This document shows positions 10,255 to 19,754 of a DNA stretch of 35,895 nucleotides, piece after piece. The DNA is from Chitinophaga pinensis (GTDB lineage: Bacteria; Bacteroidota; Bacteroidia; Chitinophagales; Chitinophagaceae), in assembly GCA_945866165.1 (NCBI GenBank), contig CAMBGO010000001.1, positions 1 through 35,895 on the forward strand, read 5' to 3'. A program made the position numbers and the translations under genes. How positions within the stretch are numbered: position 1 is the stretch's first letter; every line of letters begins with the position of its first letter. The notes under the pieces were generated by a model, which did not search any database, was not told the origin of the DNA, and worked only from the letters and a program-made list of their open reading frames with translations.

Positions 10255-13200
10255 ATGGCATTTCATATGAAAATGAAACTTTCTTATTTAATTCTGCTTA
10301 TTTCTATTTTGTCAATAGGATGTAAAAACAATAACCATCTTTTTAAATTGGTTGACAAAGAATCTTCAGGGATTGATTTCAGTAATAATATCAAGATAAA
10401 TGATAGTATTAATATACTTGACAATGAGTTTACCTATAATGGTGCTGGTGTTGCTGTAGGTGATCTCAATGGTGATGGTTTGCAGGATATATATTTTTGC
10501 GGCAGCCAAGTAGAAAACAAATTATATCTCAACAAGGGTGGATTGAAATTTGATGAGGTAATAGATAAGTCTAATGCACAAAAGAAAAAAGGACAGTGGT
10601 CTTCAGGTGTAACGCTTGTAGATATCAACTCAGATGGGAAGCTTGATATCTATGTTTGTAATACTATGTTATCTGATAGTGCCTTGTTGCGTGATCTTCT
10701 ATTTATAAATCAGGGGAATGATAAAGAAGGAATACCTCAATTCAAAGAGATGGGTTCAGAATATGGCATAACTGATGATACACAAAATTCTATTTCTACT
10801 TTTTTTGATTATGACTTAGATGGCGACTTGGATCTTTTTGTTGCAGTCAATTTTATTGATATGCAGTATCCTAATCAGTATATGACAAGGATACCAAATG
10901 GGAAATCTCCTACACGTGATCTTTTATTTAGAAATGACTTTGATTCTACTCTTGGTCATGCAGTTTTTACAGATGTTTCAATTGATGCCGGTATTATATG
11001 GGGAGGATATAGTCACTCTTGCCTTATCAATGATTTTAATCAAGATGGATTTCCTGATATATATGTTGCCAACGATTATCTCTCAAATGATCTGATATAT
11101 ATAAATAATAAAAATGGCACATTTACCAACCGTGTTGCAGAAATACTAAAACACCAATCTTTCTCATCAATGGGAAGTGACATGGCAGATATAAATAATG
11201 ACGGCTATCAGGATCTTTTTGTTGTAGAGATGTTGCCAGCAGACAACAAAAGGAAAAAAGTGAATATGAATCCGAATAACTACAATCATTATTTATTTAC
11301 TGAACAATATAAATACGAGTATCAATTTGTAAGAAATACCTTTCAAGTTTATCAGGGAATCAACCCCAAAAATAATTTACCACTATTTAGTGATATTGCT
11401 TTTTTAGCTGGTACTGAAGCAACCGACTGGAGTTGGTCACCTTTGTTGGCTGATTTCGATAACGATGGATACCGGGATTTACTTATTACAAATGGTTTCC
11501 CTAAAGATATAATTGATCATGATTTTGGCGCCTTTAGAAATAGTATTAGCAGCTCCCTTATCACTAGAGGACAATTGCTAAATATGATTCCTGAAGTGAA
11601 GATTCCAAATTTTATCTTTAAGAACAATAAGGATTTAACCTTTACAGATAAATCCAAGGAATGGGGAATTAGTTTACCAAGTTTTACAAATGGCACTGCT
11701 TATGCTGATCTAGATAATGATGGCGACCTTGACATCATTACGAATAATATCAATGATCCAGCATTTCTTTTTGAAAACACGTTATATAAACCCACAAAAG
11801 AAAATAAAGATTCCGCTCAACATTATATTCGTATTTCTTTGAAAGGGCCTGCAGGAAATACAATGGCATTTGGAACAACAGTAAAACTTTGGTATGGTAA
11901 TCAAATTCAAGTAGCAGCAAGTGAATGCGTTCGTGGTTATCTTTCTGCATCAGAAAATATCTTGCATTTTGGATTGGGTAAAGCAAGTTCTGTTGATTCG
12001 TTAGAAATTATATGGGCAAATGGCAAAGGTGAAGTAATTAAAAATATTTCAGCTAATAAAACCATTTCGATTTCATACAATCCAGCTTCAGCCATACATC
12101 ATATTGAAACATCAAAAACCCAGCCTCTTTTACAAGAAGTAAATACGGCATCTTTTGGTATTGATTATGTTCATGAAGAGAATGATTTTATTGATTTTAA
12201 TTTACAAAAAACCCTACCTCATAAATTTTCACAATACGGTCCTTCATTGGCAATTGGTGATGTGAATGGCGATGGGTTAGATGATATGGTACTTGGCAGT
12301 TCAAGTAGGTTTCAAGGACCAATATTGATTTTACAACAACCCAATGGAAAATTTAAAAAACAACTTCTTTCATTAAAGGTTTCAGAATTATTGAAAGAAG
12401 AAGATATGGGAATCTTGCTTTTTGATGCAGATTCAGATGGCGATAATGATATGTATATAGTAAGAGGTAGCTATCAACATGATCCATCATCTCCATTATA
12501 TCAAGATATTATTTGTGAGAATGATGGAAGGGGGAATTTTAAAATTGTAAGTGAAGCATTGCCTCCTATTACTTCATCAGGACAAAACGCAAAAGCTGCT
12601 GATATAGACAGGGATGGTGACCTTGATCTTTTTGTAGGGTCAAGAGTAGAACCCAAAGCCTATCCAAAACCTGGAGAATCTTTTTTATTACGCAATGATT
12701 CCAAGCCAGGGCAAATAAAATTCACCAATGTAACAAAGCAGTGGTTCCCGGCACTTGCCAATCCCGGAATGGTAAGCGATGCATTGTGGACCGACTTTGA
12801 CAATGATAATTTAGTTGATCTCATGTTGGCTTGTGAGTGGAGCCCTATTTTGTTTTATAAAAACACAGGTAATGGTTTCATCGAGATTAAGCCTTCAGAA
12901 GAAATAAGCAATGCATTGGGTTGGTGGAATAGTCTTGCTGCTGCAGATCTGGATCAGGATGGTGACATGGATTATGTGGTTGGAAATTTTGGATTGAATC
13001 AATATTTCAAATGTTCATCAGGAGAGCCCTTGAGAATTTATAGCAAAGATTTTGATCAGAATGGTTCTTATGATTCATTTATATCTTGTTATTTCCCAGA
13101 TTCAACTGGTGTGAACCACGAGTATTTTTATCATTCTAAAGATGACATGCAGAAGCAATTGATTTTAATTAGGAAAAAATTTGAACACTATGCAGATTTT

Positions 13201-13854
13201 GGAAAAGCAACAGTTCAAGATGTTTTTACCTCGGAAGAAATGAAAGGTGTTACTGTGCTTAAAGCAAATTACATGAAGAGCGTTTGGCTTGAAAATATTG
13301 GGGGAGGTAAATTTACAATGCATGTACTCCCTAACGAAGCACAGTTGGCTCCTTTGTATGGAATTCAATGTAAAGATGTTAATGGCGATGATCAGATTGA
13401 TATTTTGTTGACGGGGAATGATTATGGAATGGAAATTAGTCAAGGTAGAGCAGATGCTTTAAATGGGTTGGTGTTGATTAATGACGGGAATAAAAAATTT
13501 AATTCAATCTCATTTGAAAAATCAGGATTTATTGTATCTGGTGATGCAAGGGCCTTATCCGAAATTAATGTTAAGGGTGATAATTATTTTGTATCAACAC
13601 AAAATAGAAAAGGGTTAACCATGTTCAAGACAGTTTCAACATCTACCCCAACAATTAAAGTTAGTCCTATTATAAGTTCTGCCGTAGTTAGCTTTTCAAA
13701 TCAACGAAAACAAAAATTTGAATTTGGTTGGGGTGATTCATTCCTTTCTCAAAAAACTAGGCAATGGATACCACCCAATGGTGCAGTGAAGATTGAATTT
13801 AAAGATTCAAAAGGCAAAATAATAAATGCAGTATCATCTGCAGTAAAAAAATAA
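10255..13854 (+). CDS. FG-GAP/VCBS repeat lipoprotein with central ASPIC/UnbV domain (CRTAC1-like)
   Basis: Lipobox SIGC; many DxNxDGxxD Ca-binding repeats; YNGAGVAVGD start; RGYLSASENILHFGLG...LEIIWANG ASPIC/UnbV segment between two propeller halves. Confidence 0.9.
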   Translation: MAFHMKMKLSYLILLISILSIGCKNNNHLFKLVDKESSGIDFSNNIKINDSINILDNEFTYNGAGVAVGDLNGDGLQDIYFCGSQVENKLYLNKGGLKFDEVIDKSNAQKKKGQWSSGVTLVDINSDGKLDIYVCNTMLSDSALLRDLLFINQGNDKEGIPQFKEMGSEYGITDDTQNSISTFFDYDLDGDLDLFVAVNFIDMQYPNQYMTRIPNGKSPTRDLLFRNDFDSTLGHAVFTDVSIDAGIIWGGYSHSCLINDFNQDGFPDIYVANDYLSNDLIYINNKNGTFTNRVAEILKHQSFSSMGSDMADINNDGYQDLFVVEMLPADNKRKKVNMNPNNYNHYLFTEQYKYEYQFVRNTFQVYQGINPKNNLPLFSDIAFLAGTEATDWSWSPLLADFDNDGYRDLLITNGFPKDIIDHDFGAFRNSISSSLITRGQLLNMIPEVKIPNFIFKNNKDLTFTDKSKEWGISLPSFTNGTAYADLDNDGDLDIITNNINDPAFLFENTLYKPTKENKDSAQHYIRISLKGPAGNTMAFGTTVKLWYGNQIQVAASECVRGYLSASENILHFGLGKASSVDSLEIIWANGKGEVIKNISANKTISISYNPASAIHHIETSKTQPLLQEVNTASFGIDYVHEENDFIDFNLQKTLPHKFSQYGPSLAIGDVNGDGLDDMVLGSSSRFQGPILILQQPNGKFKKQLLSLKVSELLKEEDMGILLFDADSDGDNDMYIVRGSYQHDPSSPLYQDIICENDGRGNFKIVSEALPPITSSGQNAKAADIDRDGDLDLFVGSRVEPKAYPKPGESFLLRNDSKPGQIKFTNVTKQWFPALANPGMVSDALWTDFDNDNLVDLMLACEWSPILFYKNTGNGFIEIKPSEEISNALGWWNSLAAADLDQDGDMDYVVGNFGLNQYFKCSSGEPLRIYSKDFDQNGSYDSFISCYFPDSTGVNHEYFYHSKDDMQKQLILIRKKFEHYADFGKATVQDVFTSEEMKGVTVLKANYMKSVWLENIGGGKFTMHVLPNEAQLAPLYGIQCKDVNGDDQIDILLTGNDYGMEISQGRADALNGLVLINDGNKKFNSISFEKSGFIVSGDARALSEINVKGDNYFVSTQNRKGLTMFKTVSTSTPTIKVSPIISSAVVSFSNQRKQKFEFGWGDSFLSQKTRQWIPPNGAVKIEFKDSKGKIINAVSSAVKK

Positions 13855-13857
13855 TTT

Positions 13858-15177
13858 ATGCGAGCAGTTTCAATGGTATTCATTTTTCTCGTTATTATTT
13901 TCTTTAGCCTTGGTTGTGGTAAAGAATCTAAGTCTCAACTATATAAAGATGAATTACCACATCTATTAATTAAAAAGCTTACTGATGTAATGGTTGTTGA
14001 TATTTTTACACCGCCCGTTGCTAGTAGAATATATGCCAATTGCGCGTTGGCCATGTATGAAGCTGGTCGTTTTGATGATAGTTCATATCCATCTATTGCA
14101 ATTAATCTTCAAGGTTTTGATTCAATGCCTAAGCCTTCAAAAGAGAAAGAAATTGATTTTAGTGTAGCTGCTATTCAAGCTTTCTGTGAAACAGCAAAGA
14201 AAATTACTTTCTCGGCAACTGAAATGAAGGCTTACCAAGATTCTATGATTGGTATTTATGGTCAAGATCTTTCTGAAGAAACACTTATGAATTCAATTGC
14301 TTTTGGGCAACAAGTGGCTGATGTTGTTGCCAAAAGATTATCAACAGATAATTATAAAGAAACCAGGGGATTCGATCGTTTTGATGTTAAAACGGAGGAT
14401 AAAAAACGTTGGATTCCAACATTACCTGATTATGCTGATGCTTTGGAACCACATTGGTATAAGATGAAGCCATTTACCTTACAAGCTCCTGATGAAGTGA
14501 AGGCCGATTCGTATCCTGAATACAACGAGGATTCCACATCGGTATATTATAAAGAATTGAAGGAGGTGTATGACATCTCAAAAAATTTGACAGATAAACA
14601 AATTGATATTGCGATTTTCTGGGATGACAATCCATTTGTTTCTAATCACAAGGGTCATGTAATGTTTCAAGATAAAAAAATGACTCCAGGCGGGCATTGG
14701 ATGGCCATAACTGCTAAGGCATGCAGAGATCATCATGCTAGTTTTACAAAGTCATTGAAAGCATATGCCTATACTTCTATTGGTTTATATGATGCGTTCT
14801 TATCATGTTGGCATGAAAAATATAGGTCGCTTCGTATTCGTCCGCAAACAGCAATACAGCGTTTGATAGAGCAACAGTGGACTTCTTATATACAAACACC
14901 GCCTTTCCCAGAACATACTTCAGGGCATAGTACTATATCAGCCTCTGCTGCTGAAATGCTCACGCATCTCTTTGGTGATGGGCATGCCTATACAGATTCT
15001 TCAGAACTTGAATATAATTTGCCTATTCGATCTTTTAAATCATTCCGTGATGCTGCATCGGAAGCATCCATAAGCCGTGTTTACGGTGGAATACATTATC
15101 GTTCGGGTTGTGACAATGGAAATAAAATGGGAATCAAAGTGGCAACCCTAGCGATAAGCCGAATTGAAAAAAACTAA
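13858..15177 (+). CDS. Vanadium-dependent haloperoxidase-like / PAP2 superfamily lipoprotein
   Basis: Lipobox SLGC; the three vanadate/phosphate-binding motifs KYRSLRIRP, TPPFPEHTSGHS, SRVYGGIHY; DIFTPPVASRIY and FWDDNP...TPGGHW as in flavobacterial VHPOs. Confidence 0.88.
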   Translation: MRAVSMVFIFLVIIFFSLGCGKESKSQLYKDELPHLLIKKLTDVMVVDIFTPPVASRIYANCALAMYEAGRFDDSSYPSIAINLQGFDSMPKPSKEKEIDFSVAAIQAFCETAKKITFSATEMKAYQDSMIGIYGQDLSEETLMNSIAFGQQVADVVAKRLSTDNYKETRGFDRFDVKTEDKKRWIPTLPDYADALEPHWYKMKPFTLQAPDEVKADSYPEYNEDSTSVYYKELKEVYDISKNLTDKQIDIAIFWDDNPFVSNHKGHVMFQDKKMTPGGHWMAITAKACRDHHASFTKSLKAYAYTSIGLYDAFLSCWHEKYRSLRIRPQTAIQRLIEQQWTSYIQTPPFPEHTSGHSTISASAAEMLTHLFGDGHAYTDSSELEYNLPIRSFKSFRDAASEASISRVYGGIHYRSGCDNGNKMGIKVATLAISRIEKN

Positions 15178-15566
15178 TCATGTGAGAAATGATCAGTATG
15201 ACAATGTGCTGTCAATTTACATTGTCTGTAATTGATATAATGAGCACTGATTATCATGATTACTGCTGGTAGAAGAAATACTACCTGGTATGTATGAAAA
15301 ACTTGTTTCAATAAAAGCATTGACATACCAATCGAAAATAAGATTATTGGGAAAATCTTATGGTGGTGTTTCTTGTAACCATGGAGTAATGAATAAATAC
15401 CAATTGTAAGTGCAATCAAAATCATTAAAACTTCAAAGTAGTTGTTGTTAATAATATTGATTCCTACGATAGGCAGACTCGACAAAAAAAGCGGTAGCAA
15501 TGCACAGTGAATTGCACATGCTAGGGAGGCCCCTATACCCAAGGCGTCGTAGTTGATTTTTGGCAT
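15174..15566 (-). CDS. MerC-domain membrane protein (putative metal uptake)
   Basis: DALGIGASLACAIHCALLP motif, GYKKHHH loop, His/Cys tail HCHTDHFSHD. ATG 15566 is preferred because the track start 15614 runs through the promoter. Confidence 0.85.
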   Translation of the reverse strand: MPKINYDALGIGASLACAIHCALLPLFLSSLPIVGINIINNNYFEVLMILIALTIGIYSLLHGYKKHHHKIFPIILFSIGMSMLLLKQVFHTYQVVFLLPAVIMIISAHYINYRQCKLTAHCHTDHFSHD

Positions 15567-15577
15567 ATGAAGAACAG

Positions 15578-15609
15578 CAAATTTAAGTATTTTGCAACAA
15601 AGTTGCAAA
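15578..15609 (-). promoter_or_regulatory. Bacteroidota sigma-A promoter of the merC-like gene overlapped by an 8-3-8 palindromic operator (putative Zur/Fur-family box)
   Basis: Minus strand -7 element TAAATTTG (15585-15578) and -33 TTTG (15609-15606), 20-nt spacer; perfect inverted repeat TTTGCAAC-aaa-GTTGCAAA at 15591-15609. Confidence 0.75.
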
Positions 15610-15667
15610 TCCAATTTACCTGTTTATAACTTTAGGCAATGTACTTTTGCATATAATTATAAATGAA

Positions 15668-16273
15668 ATGCGTAAAAAGGGGTTGATCTACTTATTCTTT
15701 TTTGTTTTAATCCTTGGTGGGTTCTATGCTGCTTTAATGTTGACTACAGATTTTGCAAAAGTCAAGCTTCCTATATTGACCACTGTTCAACCGTTTTCTT
15801 TTTTGAGACAGGATAGTGTAATGGTATCGCAGGCAGACGTAAAGAACCGTGTTTATGTTGCAGAGTATTTTTTCACTACTTGCAAAGGGATCTGTCCTAA
15901 GATGAATAAGAACATGAAATTGATTTACGAGAAGTTCAAGTCACAATCTAATTTCATGATTATCTCACATACGGTAAATCCTGAAACGGATTCGTTGCCT
16001 ATTCTCAGGCATTATGCTGATTCATTGAATGCCTCTTCAAATAACTGGTGGTTTGTTACAGGGAGCAAAGAGTTGTTGTATAAAACCGCTAGGGAGAGTT
16101 ATTTGTTAGATGATCCTAAAAACAACAGTAAAAATATTGAGGAACAATTTTTACATACACAATTTTTTACGCTTGTTGATAGGCTAGGAAGGGTTCGTGG
16201 CGTATACGATGGAATAAAAAAAGAAGAGGTTGATCAATTGATGATTGATATTACTGAACTAATTGCTGAATAA
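15668..16273 (+). CDS. SCO1/SenC family copper chaperone
   Basis: N-terminal TM anchor, FFTTCKGICP (CxxxC), FLHTQFFTLVD conserved His. ATG 15668 preferred; TACTTTTG -7 element at 15642-15649. Confidence 0.92.
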   Translation: MRKKGLIYLFFFVLILGGFYAALMLTTDFAKVKLPILTTVQPFSFLRQDSVMVSQADVKNRVYVAEYFFTTCKGICPKMNKNMKLIYEKFKSQSNFMIISHTVNPETDSLPILRHYADSLNASSNNWWFVTGSKELLYKTARESYLLDDPKNNSKNIEEQFLHTQFFTLVDRLGRVRGVYDGIKKEEVDQLMIDITELIAE

Positions 16274-16694
16274 ATTGAAAAATCAAGGAGCAGATATCTT
16301 AAAAGGAAGTTCACTGAGTGTTACTTCAAGTAGGAAGGCCATCTTAGATATTTTTCTTGGATCTGATAATGCGTTGGCTCACCAGGATATTGAAAATATT
16401 GCTAAGCAATATGACCGTGTAACAATTTATAGGACGCTTCAAACTTTCTTAGAAAAAGGAATTATTCATTCAATTCCAACAACAGATAACATCATTAAAT
16501 ATGCTTTGTGCAGTGATATGTGTATCACAACAGGCCATCACCATGATAACCATGTTCATTTTTTATGTGATGATTGTGGAAAGACAGTATGTTTAGATGA
16601 AGTTAGCATCCCCAATGTGAATCTTCCCAAGGGCTTTGTAAAAAAGGAGATTAACATGGTTGTAAATGGTATTTGTAATAGCTGTCAGAAATAA
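16263..16694 (+). CDS. Fur family transcriptional regulator (Zur-like)
   Basis: DRVTIYRTLQTFLEKGIIH winged HTH; HHHDNHVHFLCDDCG and C-terminal CNSC zinc site; TTG start overlapping the sco stop. Confidence 0.92.
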   Translation: MLNKLKNQGADILKGSSLSVTSSRKAILDIFLGSDNALAHQDIENIAKQYDRVTIYRTLQTFLEKGIIHSIPTTDNIIKYALCSDMCITTGHHHDNHVHFLCDDCGKTVCLDEVSIPNVNLPKGFVKKEINMVVNGICNSCQK

Positions 16695-16719
16695 AAAGCC
16701 CCGATGTAAAAACATCGGG
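16693..16719 (-). terminator. Intrinsic terminator hairpin (U-tract on minus strand)
   Basis: CCCGATGT-aaaa-ACATCGGG (16700-16719) preceded on + by AAAAAG. Confidence 0.75.
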
Positions 16720-16834
16720 ACATCGTTAAGGCTCTGATTAGTAGCTTCTTTATTCTGAGTTGAAATATTCTCAAACAAAGATATCTTACCAAGCTTCACC
16801 AATAAAATATCTGATATACCATAATAGTGGTATG

Positions 16835-18553
16835 CTATAGTGTTTCCAGTTCTTTTTTAACAAATAACATCAACTCACTTATTTTTTCAGGTGTAAAATC
16901 AAAAGATATACCGGCAGACTTATATAATTCCGGAAGTGTTTTGGTGCCACCTAGCTTCAATCCATTTATGTAATTTTCAATTGCCTTTTCCTTGTTTTCC
17001 CTATACTGTTTCCACATGCCAATTGCACCTAGCTGTGCAATTCCATATTCAATATAATAGAATGGAACTTCAAAAAGATGTAGTTGCCTTTGCCAATTTT
17101 GTGAGCGATATTGTTCAAGACCAGAAAAGTCAATTGAGGTAGTTGAAAATTCGTTGAGAATTCTAAGCCAGTTTTCTTTTCTTTCTTCTATGGTATGTGT
17201 TGGATTTTCATATATCCAATGTTGGAATTTATCAATTGTTGCTATCCAAGGGAATATTGTTATGACCCTTTCAAGCTGATGTCTTTTGGCACGTTTCATT
17301 TCATCTTCATTGTCGAAGAAAACCTCCCAATGATCCATCGTAAATAATTCCATTGCCATACTAGCCACTTCGGCCATTTCAGTGGGGTATTCCTTGAATC
17401 CGGTCAATTCCAAATCATGTGATAGAAAAGAATGAATGGCATGACCGCCTTCATGTACCATGGTAGTGAGGTCCGACATTTGTGATGCCGCATTCATAAA
17501 AATGAATGGAGCACCGCTTTCTGCCAGTGGCATGTTGTATCCGCCAGGAGCCTTTCCTTTTCGGCTATCTAAATCAAGGTGATTTAGTTTATCCATTTTT
17601 CTAAGGCAATCGCCAAAAAATGGATTCAATTCATCAAGGCATTTTACTGTTTTATCTAATAAGTCTTTTCCATCAGTGAAAGGTCTGAGCGGTTTGATTC
17701 CAGCTGGCTCAGCTTCAGTATCCCATGGGCGCATCACATCCAGACCAAGACGTTTTTTCTGTTCATCATAAATTTGGTTTACCAATGGCAATACTTCTTT
17801 TCTAACTGCTTCATGAAATTGAAAACAAGCTTCTGGCGTGTAATCAAACCGCCCCATCTCTGCAAATTTATAATCGCGGTAATTATTGAATCCAGTATTA
17901 AGCGCTATTTGGTGTCTTTTTTCTATCAGGCTGCTAAATAAATCATTAAGGGCTTCTTTATCAACGAATCTTCTTTCTGCAATTTTTCTATATACGGATT
18001 CACGAATTGTTCTGTCTTCACTTTCAAGAAATTTTCCCGCCTGCTGTAAAGTATATTCATGTCCTTCGTGCTCTATCATCATCTTTCCTGCAATTGCTCC
18101 ATATTGTTGTTGAAGCACACTCATTTCTGCTTGAATGGGAATATTTGATTCTCTAAAAAGATCAATGCTTTTTTTCACAGATCGCAGATAGGTAAAATAT
18201 TTTTCCTGATCAAGTTCTTTTGTAAAAGGGGAGTCAATTAATTTTTTATTGAGTAAGTCAGCATATGGCTGAATCTTCGGTTGAATTTCCATGTAGAAGA
18301 AATTGAATGCTTCTTCCAATTCCTTACTTTCCGTGTCGCAGGTCATTCTTACTTGCCTCCAACATGCATCTTCGCTAATAAACGCTTCTACTTCACTAGT
18401 ATCCTTAAGCCACTGTTCAAGGTCTTTTACTGAATTTATTTCTCTCTCATTTAATTTGATAAAGAATGGCTCCAATCTTTCCCAATTAGTTAGTTTAAAA
18501 TCTTCAGGAAGAAAGTGGTGTGTAAGCTTTTTAATGTCTGCGCTGTATTTCAT
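16835..18553 (-). CDS. M3 family oligoendopeptidase (PepF-like)
   Basis: HEGGH zinc motif, EMAEVASMAMEL, KGKAPGGY, HLFEVPFYYIEY. Confidence 0.93.
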   Translation of the reverse strand: MKYSADIKKLTHHFLPEDFKLTNWERLEPFFIKLNEREINSVKDLEQWLKDTSEVEAFISEDACWRQVRMTCDTESKELEEAFNFFYMEIQPKIQPYADLLNKKLIDSPFTKELDQEKYFTYLRSVKKSIDLFRESNIPIQAEMSVLQQQYGAIAGKMMIEHEGHEYTLQQAGKFLESEDRTIRESVYRKIAERRFVDKEALNDLFSSLIEKRHQIALNTGFNNYRDYKFAEMGRFDYTPEACFQFHEAVRKEVLPLVNQIYDEQKKRLGLDVMRPWDTEAEPAGIKPLRPFTDGKDLLDKTVKCLDELNPFFGDCLRKMDKLNHLDLDSRKGKAPGGYNMPLAESGAPFIFMNAASQMSDLTTMVHEGGHAIHSFLSHDLELTGFKEYPTEMAEVASMAMELFTMDHWEVFFDNEDEMKRAKRHQLERVITIFPWIATIDKFQHWIYENPTHTIEERKENWLRILNEFSTTSIDFSGLEQYRSQNWQRQLHLFEVPFYYIEYGIAQLGAIGMWKQYRENKEKAIENYINGLKLGGTKTLPELYKSAGISFDFTPEKISELMLFVKKELETL

Positions 18554-18580
18554 AATTCAATTTTATTTTCATTTAAAACC

Positions 18581-18620
18581 AGAAAAGACTCCCTTCAATA
18601 AGATGAGGAGAGTCTTTTCT
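18581..18620 (-). terminator. Terminator-like hairpin downstream of the DUF5606 gene
   Basis: AGAAAAGACTC...GAGTCTTTTCT 11-bp outer stem plus imperfect inner stem. Confidence 0.65.
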
Positions 18621-18644
18621 AATCTATTGTTGAAATGAGGTTAA

Positions 18645-19058
18645 TCAGTTTTCCTCATTTTCTTCTTCATTCATTTCAGTGACTTTAATTTCAATGTTAT
18701 TCTTTTTTATAGCATTGAACCAGCGAATCATTTTTTTCATGTCGCTTGTATATACTTTTTCAAAATCCATTTTTGGATATACTTTTTTGAAGTATGCTGA
18801 AATGGCTTTGTTATCTTTTTCTGAAGGGGTGGCGTCACCGGCAGCATCCATTGTTTTGAATATTTCCGCAATATTCACATTATCATCTTCGGTAAATACT
18901 TCAATAGATTCAAGATGAGAGAACTGATGAAGTCTGTTTGAAACAAATTTGGTGCTGTTGTCATCCAAGGATCTTACAATTGCTCCATCTGATTTTGTTG
19001 AAATCAATTCAAAAAGGCTAGAAAAACCGGTAACTGAGATTAGATTGCTATATTCCAT
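18645..19058 (-). CDS. DUF5606/DUF6852 conserved Bacteroidota protein
   Basis: LISVTGFSSLFELIS N-terminus, LESIEVFT, DFEKVYTSDMKKMIRWFN, acidic tail. ATG 19058 preferred over the track start 19082. Confidence 0.75.
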   Translation of the reverse strand: MEYSNLISVTGFSSLFELISTKSDGAIVRSLDDNSTKFVSNRLHQFSHLESIEVFTEDDNVNIAEIFKTMDAAGDATPSEKDNKAISAYFKKVYPKMDFEKVYTSDMKKMIRWFNAIKKNNIEIKVTEMNEEENEEN

Positions 19059-19094
19059 ATCCACATTATTTATAGGGTGCAAGTTACGATGAAT

Positions 19095-19748
19095 TTACTG
19101 AATATTGTTTTCGAGCATGATATCCTGGATTCTTTTTTCAATACTCTTTTCATCACTATACCCCCTCGATATCATATATAATTTTGATTCATCGGTTTGG
19201 ATGAACAGGGTTGGGAATCCTGTTACATTAAGTTGTTTGATTAAGGAAAAATCATAGTATGCTTTTTCTTTGTACTCATCTGATTTCAGGTTTTCATAAA
19301 ATACCTTGGGGTCAAATTCGTATTTTTCGATTAAGTGTCTATAGGCTTCGGGATCGGTAAGGTCCCTTCCTTCTGAGTAGAGTGCAAATTGTAAATCAGC
19401 AGCGAATTCTATACTTCTGGCTGGGTTGATATCCTTTGAGATAGACATGGCTATTGCGGCCATTTCAGAATTGGGATACCAATCACTCAAGTCTGGATTA
19501 TTGATATGCCAAAGAAAATCATCACCAAATCTGATGCCTGTCATTCCCTCTACTGTTTTATATGCATCTTTTATATAGCCTGCAATCTTTCCAATATGTT
19601 GGGTTGATTCTACAGGTATCATGCCTCCAGATAGCGTTTCAAAATCAAATTGGTTCTTGTATTTTTCGTGAAGTGATTTTATAACAGGACTAAACCCATA
19701 GCACCAGCCGCACCATGCATCGTAGCAATATATTATTATTGGTTTCAT
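19095..19748 (-). CDS. DsbA family thioredoxin-fold protein
   Basis: YCYDAWCGWCYGF (CxxC) and cis-Pro motif VTGFPTL; no signal peptide. Confidence 0.9.
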   Translation of the reverse strand: MKPIIIYCYDAWCGWCYGFSPVIKSLHEKYKNQFDFETLSGGMIPVESTQHIGKIAGYIKDAYKTVEGMTGIRFGDDFLWHINNPDLSDWYPNSEMAAIAMSISKDINPARSIEFAADLQFALYSEGRDLTDPEAYRHLIEKYEFDPKVFYENLKSDEYKEKAYYDFSLIKQLNVTGFPTLFIQTDESKLYMISRGYSDEKSIEKRIQDIMLENNIQ

Positions 19749-19754
19749 TGATAT

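Noticed and set aside
15174-15566. Mercury resistance locus
   Set aside because: No merA, merR, merP or merT; the context points to general metal uptake.
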